The notes under the pieces: model-generated
The model's input: the letters and a program-made list of their open reading frames with translations, nothing else
Told to the model about the DNA's origin: nothing
Database searches by the model: none
Part shown: positions 60,447 through 64,000 of the stretch, one piece after another
How positions within the stretch are numbered: the first letter of the stretch is position 1
Layout: every line of letters begins with the position of its first letter
Made by a program: the position numbers and the translations under genes
IMG/VR virus record: IMGVR_UViG_3300014043_000231
DNA length: 64,000 nt
Strand: one strand, 5' to 3'
Origin: an uncultured virus (IMG/VR IMGVR_UViG_3300014043_000231)
Taxonomy: Duplodnaviria > Heunggongvirae > Uroviricota > Caudoviricetes

Positions 60447-62636
60447 ATGAGCAAGCAAATCAAAACCAGTGACATGTATTATGAACGATGGAACAGCATG
60501 ATTGAATTCGTGAACACTGTTCGTCATCGTGATATTTCACCGAATTGGATTGGCAAGAATTGCGGTGTTGTCATGGATGGAGCGCATCGTTCATGTCATG
60601 GCGATATTCTCACTGGAGCTGATGACATTGTGCGTCCAATGAAATTCTATGCGCGCCCTGATGGATGTAAATATTCCTATGAGGAAACAATTGATTATTG
60701 CATTAACGGAACTGACATGTTCAATGACATGATTGGACGTAATAAATATAAAATCCCATTCAGCATGGCTGTAGCTCCGCGTAAACAGAAAAACAATAAC
60801 ATTGCAGGGCAACAGGTTAATGTTCCGCGTTATTTGAACAACACGCCAGCGAACATGCTCATGTCCCGTGAACAGGATAAACCGAAACAGGCAATCAATA
60901 TCGTTTTCGACACTGATTGCAATTGGACAACACCGGTTATCAATCGCGTGCAATGCGGTGTGAACATTCTGAAAGCAGTGCAGGCATTGACAATCGCAGG
61001 CTATGATGTTCAATTGGATGTCATGCCATTCTGTTCATATTCTAAAACCACCCGTAAACTATACATGACTACAATCCGATTAAAGGATTATGGTGAGAAT
61101 GTGAACATGAATCGTCTTGCATATCCCATTGCAGCTGTCGCAAGTCAATTCCATTTGGGAGTTGACTGGATGCAGCGTATTCCTGATAGTCCATACATGC
61201 TTGCCGCTGGATGGCCCGTGTATCCGAATGAGAAACGTTATGATGAAATCAAAGATTATTTCAAAAATAAGCATGATGCGTTTTTCATTGGTTTGCATGA
61301 AATGAACCTGTTGGAAGCGGATAAGGATACTGATAAATCAGTTGATAATCTCATTCAGTATCTCACTGGTAAGGAAGTCGAACGTAAAGGAGGCTATAAA
61401 ACCGGTTATGCCGTTAAGCAAGCCGGTGGGTCTCATATTCGCGCGTATAATGATGAATTCATGGATTTCAATGAAAACATTGATGGCGCAATCACGGAAA
61501 CCCCTGAATTTGATAATCCTGATGCGAATAACACTAAATGGTCTGATGATTTCAAGGAAGCTGATGGCATCATGAATGGAAACCATGAAAACATAACTGA
61601 AACCAATGGAACATCAGAATCCAACAGGAATTATAATAACGCGCAAACGAATAATGACATTACTGAAGCAGTGAATGACATTGGTTTGAATGCTGACAGG
61701 AACGATTCAAATCAGAATGAATCAGAGAAGAATAATACCGCTGATTCCATTGACGGCACTGAATCAGATAATACTGTATCCGCTGATGATAAGCAGGATT
61801 CAATGGATGCCTCGCATTCTTATGTCGATGATGAGTCATCACATGAACTCACTGACCGTCAGAATAATAATGTTCAGGATACTGATAACATTATGGATAA
61901 TGACATGAATCCATCCAACAGTGAATCAAATTCGCAGCAGGATGATTCCAATGAATCCACCGTGAACAATACTGAGCATGATGATGAGCAATCCGGTTCA
62001 GATAATGAAACCGATGAGAACATGAATACAGGTTCAATTAAGCAGGATTCTGATAATGAAACCGATGAGTCATCAAATGCGCAATCAGATTCTAATAGTG
62101 AGTCATCAAATCATGCTGATGAACAATCAGGTAAGCAGATTGATTCCAATTCTGATAATTCCACTGCATCACAGGATACTGATTCAACTGAGCAGCATTC
62201 CGGTAATTCGCAGAATAGGGATTCTAAGAACGAACCGCAATCAGATAACGGTGAACAGAATCAGAATGACGATTCAAACACTTCATCGGATAGTGAACGA
62301 CAATGGCAGGATTCGCAATCTGACAATCAAGATGAATCAGCAAGCGAGCAGAACCAGAACGATTCCGATTCACAATCCAATGAACCTGGACAACAATCCG
62401 ATAAACAGGATGATTCAAACAAATCCAATGATAACACGGATAATTCACAGGAACAGGATGATCCTGAATCCAATGATGACATTAATGAACCTGAACGGGA
62501 CATGAATGATGAAATCACATTGGATGATGTGCTGAATGGCGATGCTGATGGCGCACCATTAAAATATGATTATGAATCATTCATTGAATGGTTGAAACGA
62601 GTCTATGACTGGCTTCAAAAAGCGAACCGGAAATAA
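60447..62636 (+). CDS. vWA-like partner of the AAA+ ATPase with long acidic disordered tail
   Basis: GQQVNVPRYL..P..M, INIVFD (degenerate MIDAS); ~350-aa D/E/N/S/Q-rich region; adjacency to MoxR-like ATPase. Confidence 0.65.
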   Translation: MSKQIKTSDMYYERWNSMIEFVNTVRHRDISPNWIGKNCGVVMDGAHRSCHGDILTGADDIVRPMKFYARPDGCKYSYEETIDYCINGTDMFNDMIGRNKYKIPFSMAVAPRKQKNNNIAGQQVNVPRYLNNTPANMLMSREQDKPKQAINIVFDTDCNWTTPVINRVQCGVNILKAVQALTIAGYDVQLDVMPFCSYSKTTRKLYMTTIRLKDYGENVNMNRLAYPIAAVASQFHLGVDWMQRIPDSPYMLAAGWPVYPNEKRYDEIKDYFKNKHDAFFIGLHEMNLLEADKDTDKSVDNLIQYLTGKEVERKGGYKTGYAVKQAGGSHIRAYNDEFMDFNENIDGAITETPEFDNPDANNTKWSDDFKEADGIMNGNHENITETNGTSESNRNYNNAQTNNDITEAVNDIGLNADRNDSNQNESEKNNTADSIDGTESDNTVSADDKQDSMDASHSYVDDESSHELTDRQNNNVQDTDNIMDNDMNPSNSESNSQQDDSNESTVNNTEHDDEQSGSDNETDENMNTGSIKQDSDNETDESSNAQSDSNSESSNHADEQSGKQIDSNSDNSTASQDTDSTEQHSGNSQNRDSKNEPQSDNGEQNQNDDSNTSSDSERQWQDSQSDNQDESASEQNQNDSDSQSNEPGQQSDKQDDSNKSNDNTDNSQEQDDPESNDDINEPERDMNDEITLDDVLNGDADGAPLKYDYESFIEWLKRVYDWLQKANRK

Positions 62637-63025
62637 ATCAGTGCGCGAATGGAAAAGGACAACCATCCGCGCACTAATTTTGTCCACATTTGTGGACATG
62701 AATCCATACTATTTCAGTTCACAAGAGTGATAATGCAAGCGCTTATTGTTTCTTACCAGCATGATAAGCATCCCGGGAGTGAACATAAGCAGGACAATTT
62801 CCAAACATGTTGCTATCAATGCGGAACCGAGAATGAATCATCAATTGCATCATATGAAGGCGTCCTATGAGGACTGCTCGCGAGCGCGAAAACATAAATG
62901 ATTCTCATGACTGCAATGGTTGCAAGCAACGCAACGGCGCACCGCCCAATGAGAGTGAGGAAAATCAAACCGATAATTTGTTAACATGTTAACAATAATC
63001 ATTCCAAATCGTTAAAACCTGTTAT

Positions 63026-63286
63026 CAATCATGTGAGAGGACACCGCACTTCAGGGCGGTGATGAATCACACACGCATAACCAACTTCCTATATGGTGCT
63101 TTCAATCGAGAATGTTATCTGATATTTTTAAATCAAACTTTGCATTATCCAAGATGATATGATATTATAGTAGAGGTGATGTAAGGCGGAGGCTGGCGCA
63201 AGCCAGTCGCAACGTTAACGCCAATGATGCGGGAACCCACCGAACCGCAAACCTCCATTAAGGCGACCGGCGTGGGAGGAAGTCAA
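63026..63286 (+). mobile_element. ORF-less miniature IS200/IS605 element (left end, promoter, omegaRNA-like region, right end)
   Basis: Left-end hairpin identical to the 23108 copy; TTGCAT-N17-TATTAT at 63140-63168; GC-rich structured segment ending GGGAGGAAGTCAA. Confidence 0.7.
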
Positions 63287-63323
63287 ATGAACAATGTTAT
63301 CACATGATGATTAATTAAAGAAA

Positions 63324-63361
63324 ATAAGCGGATGAACCAGTATTCCAGTTCATCCGCTTAT
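63324..63361. terminator. bidirectional terminator hairpin
   Basis: ataagcggatgaac...gttcatccgcttat. Confidence 0.7.
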
Positions 63362-63363
63362 CA

Positions 63364-63999
63364 TTATAGCGATTTAATGTTCAGGATTATTCGCTTCGCC
63401 GCTTTAACCGCAGTTTCCAATTCATTATCATCACCGCGAATCACACCTGCTTTCAATGCGAACATGATTCCTTTGATTTCAGCTGATGTATTCATGCTGT
63501 TGACAATCATCGCGTAATCACGAAGAGAATCACGATCAGTGAAATCAATAGTGTTTTTAACCTTATTGAACTCATTGATCGCAGTGTTCACAGCATCACG
63601 CATATCATGCAGATATATGTCATTAGCACGTTGGTTCAAACGTGTAAGAATCGGTTTCGCCGCCTCGCGTGCATCAGCAGGAACCATATCCGCAAGTCCA
63701 TTCACATTACCATGCATGATTTCATCCGTATTCATGTTGCTAATGAATTCACGGAGTGCCTTATCGGAAGTGCTGTTCTTCAAACGCTGCAACATGAGGA
63801 ACAACGGATACTTGATTTTGAACATGTCCTGTTTCGCAGTCCCGTCAAGGGTTGCAACCATTCCTTCATGATTCGCAATCGCCGGAAGTTGCAATGCCTC
63901 ACCGAGAGTTTTCGCGGAATAAATTTCAGGCGTGATGAAACCGAATTTCCCCGGAATCAACACGGCGTTCCTATCCGCAGTTCGTTCATCCACGCCGAG
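63364..63999 (-). CDS. RNA ligase, T4 Rnl1-like (C-terminal part; start outside window)
   Basis: Motif IV HEGMV and motif V MFKIKYP, followed by a helical domain. Confidence 0.6.
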   Translation of the reverse strand, partial: LGVDERTADRNAVLIPGKFGFITPEIYSAKTLGEALQLPAIANHEGMVATLDGTAKQDMFKIKYPLFLMLQRLKNSTSDKALREFISNMNTDEIMHGNVNGLADMVPADAREAAKPILTRLNQRANDIYLHDMRDAVNTAINEFNKVKNTIDFTDRDSLRDYAMIVNSMNTSAEIKGIMFALKAGVIRGDDNELETAVKAAKRIILNIKSL

Positions 64000-64000
64000 C

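Noticed and set aside
62640..63003. Minus-strand membrane protein gene next to the mini-IS
   Set aside because: Reading frames are interrupted; at best a decayed gene whose boundaries I cannot define
1..64000. Stop-codon reassignment as seen in some large gut phages
   Set aside because: Conserved genes are full length under the standard code and end in TAA, TGA or TAG
1..64000. tRNA, rRNA, virion structural, integrase or cas genes
   Set aside because: No cloverleaf or T-loop consensus or recognisable protein motifs seen by eye; divergent ones could be missed

Overview
This is a gene-dense, AT-rich (roughly 38-40% GC by eye) segment of a very large mobile genome, most likely a jumbo phage or phage-plasmid/megaplasmid. 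The host is probably a member of Bifidobacteriaceae (Actinomycetota), judged from Bifidobacterium-style NlpC/P60 and CHAP proteins, a tandem clpP pair, VKOR and leaderless promoters. No capsid, tail, terminase, rRNA or tRNA genes were recognised, so phage versus plasmid cannot be settled here. Recognisable content: (i) an RNA-repair kit (two RNA ligases, a polynucleotide kinase-phosphatase); (ii) host-like physiology genes (an FtsH with an N-terminal RelA/SpoT-type HD hydrolase fused to it, ClpP plus an apparently inactive ClpP paralogue, HPF, sirtuin, YqeY, CDF transporter, signal peptidase I, VKOR, GT-C glycosyltransferase); (iii) four DNA methyltransferases, three paired with putative restriction endonucleases; (iv) a split tnpB and several ORF-less IS200/IS605 end remnants; (v) a MoxR-like AAA+ and vWA-like pair. 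The most interesting unexplained signals are three unrelated proteins sharing an N-terminal Cys/His tag and an upstream GATAGAT motif, a Cas-less two-repeat CRISPR-like mini-array, a ~1.3 kb non-coding region with a long inverted repeat and 17-bp iteron-like repeats, a three-copy ~134-bp structured dispersed repeat, and a promoter-bearing ORF-less omegaRNA-like mini-element. All calls come from motif recognition by eye; no searches were run.
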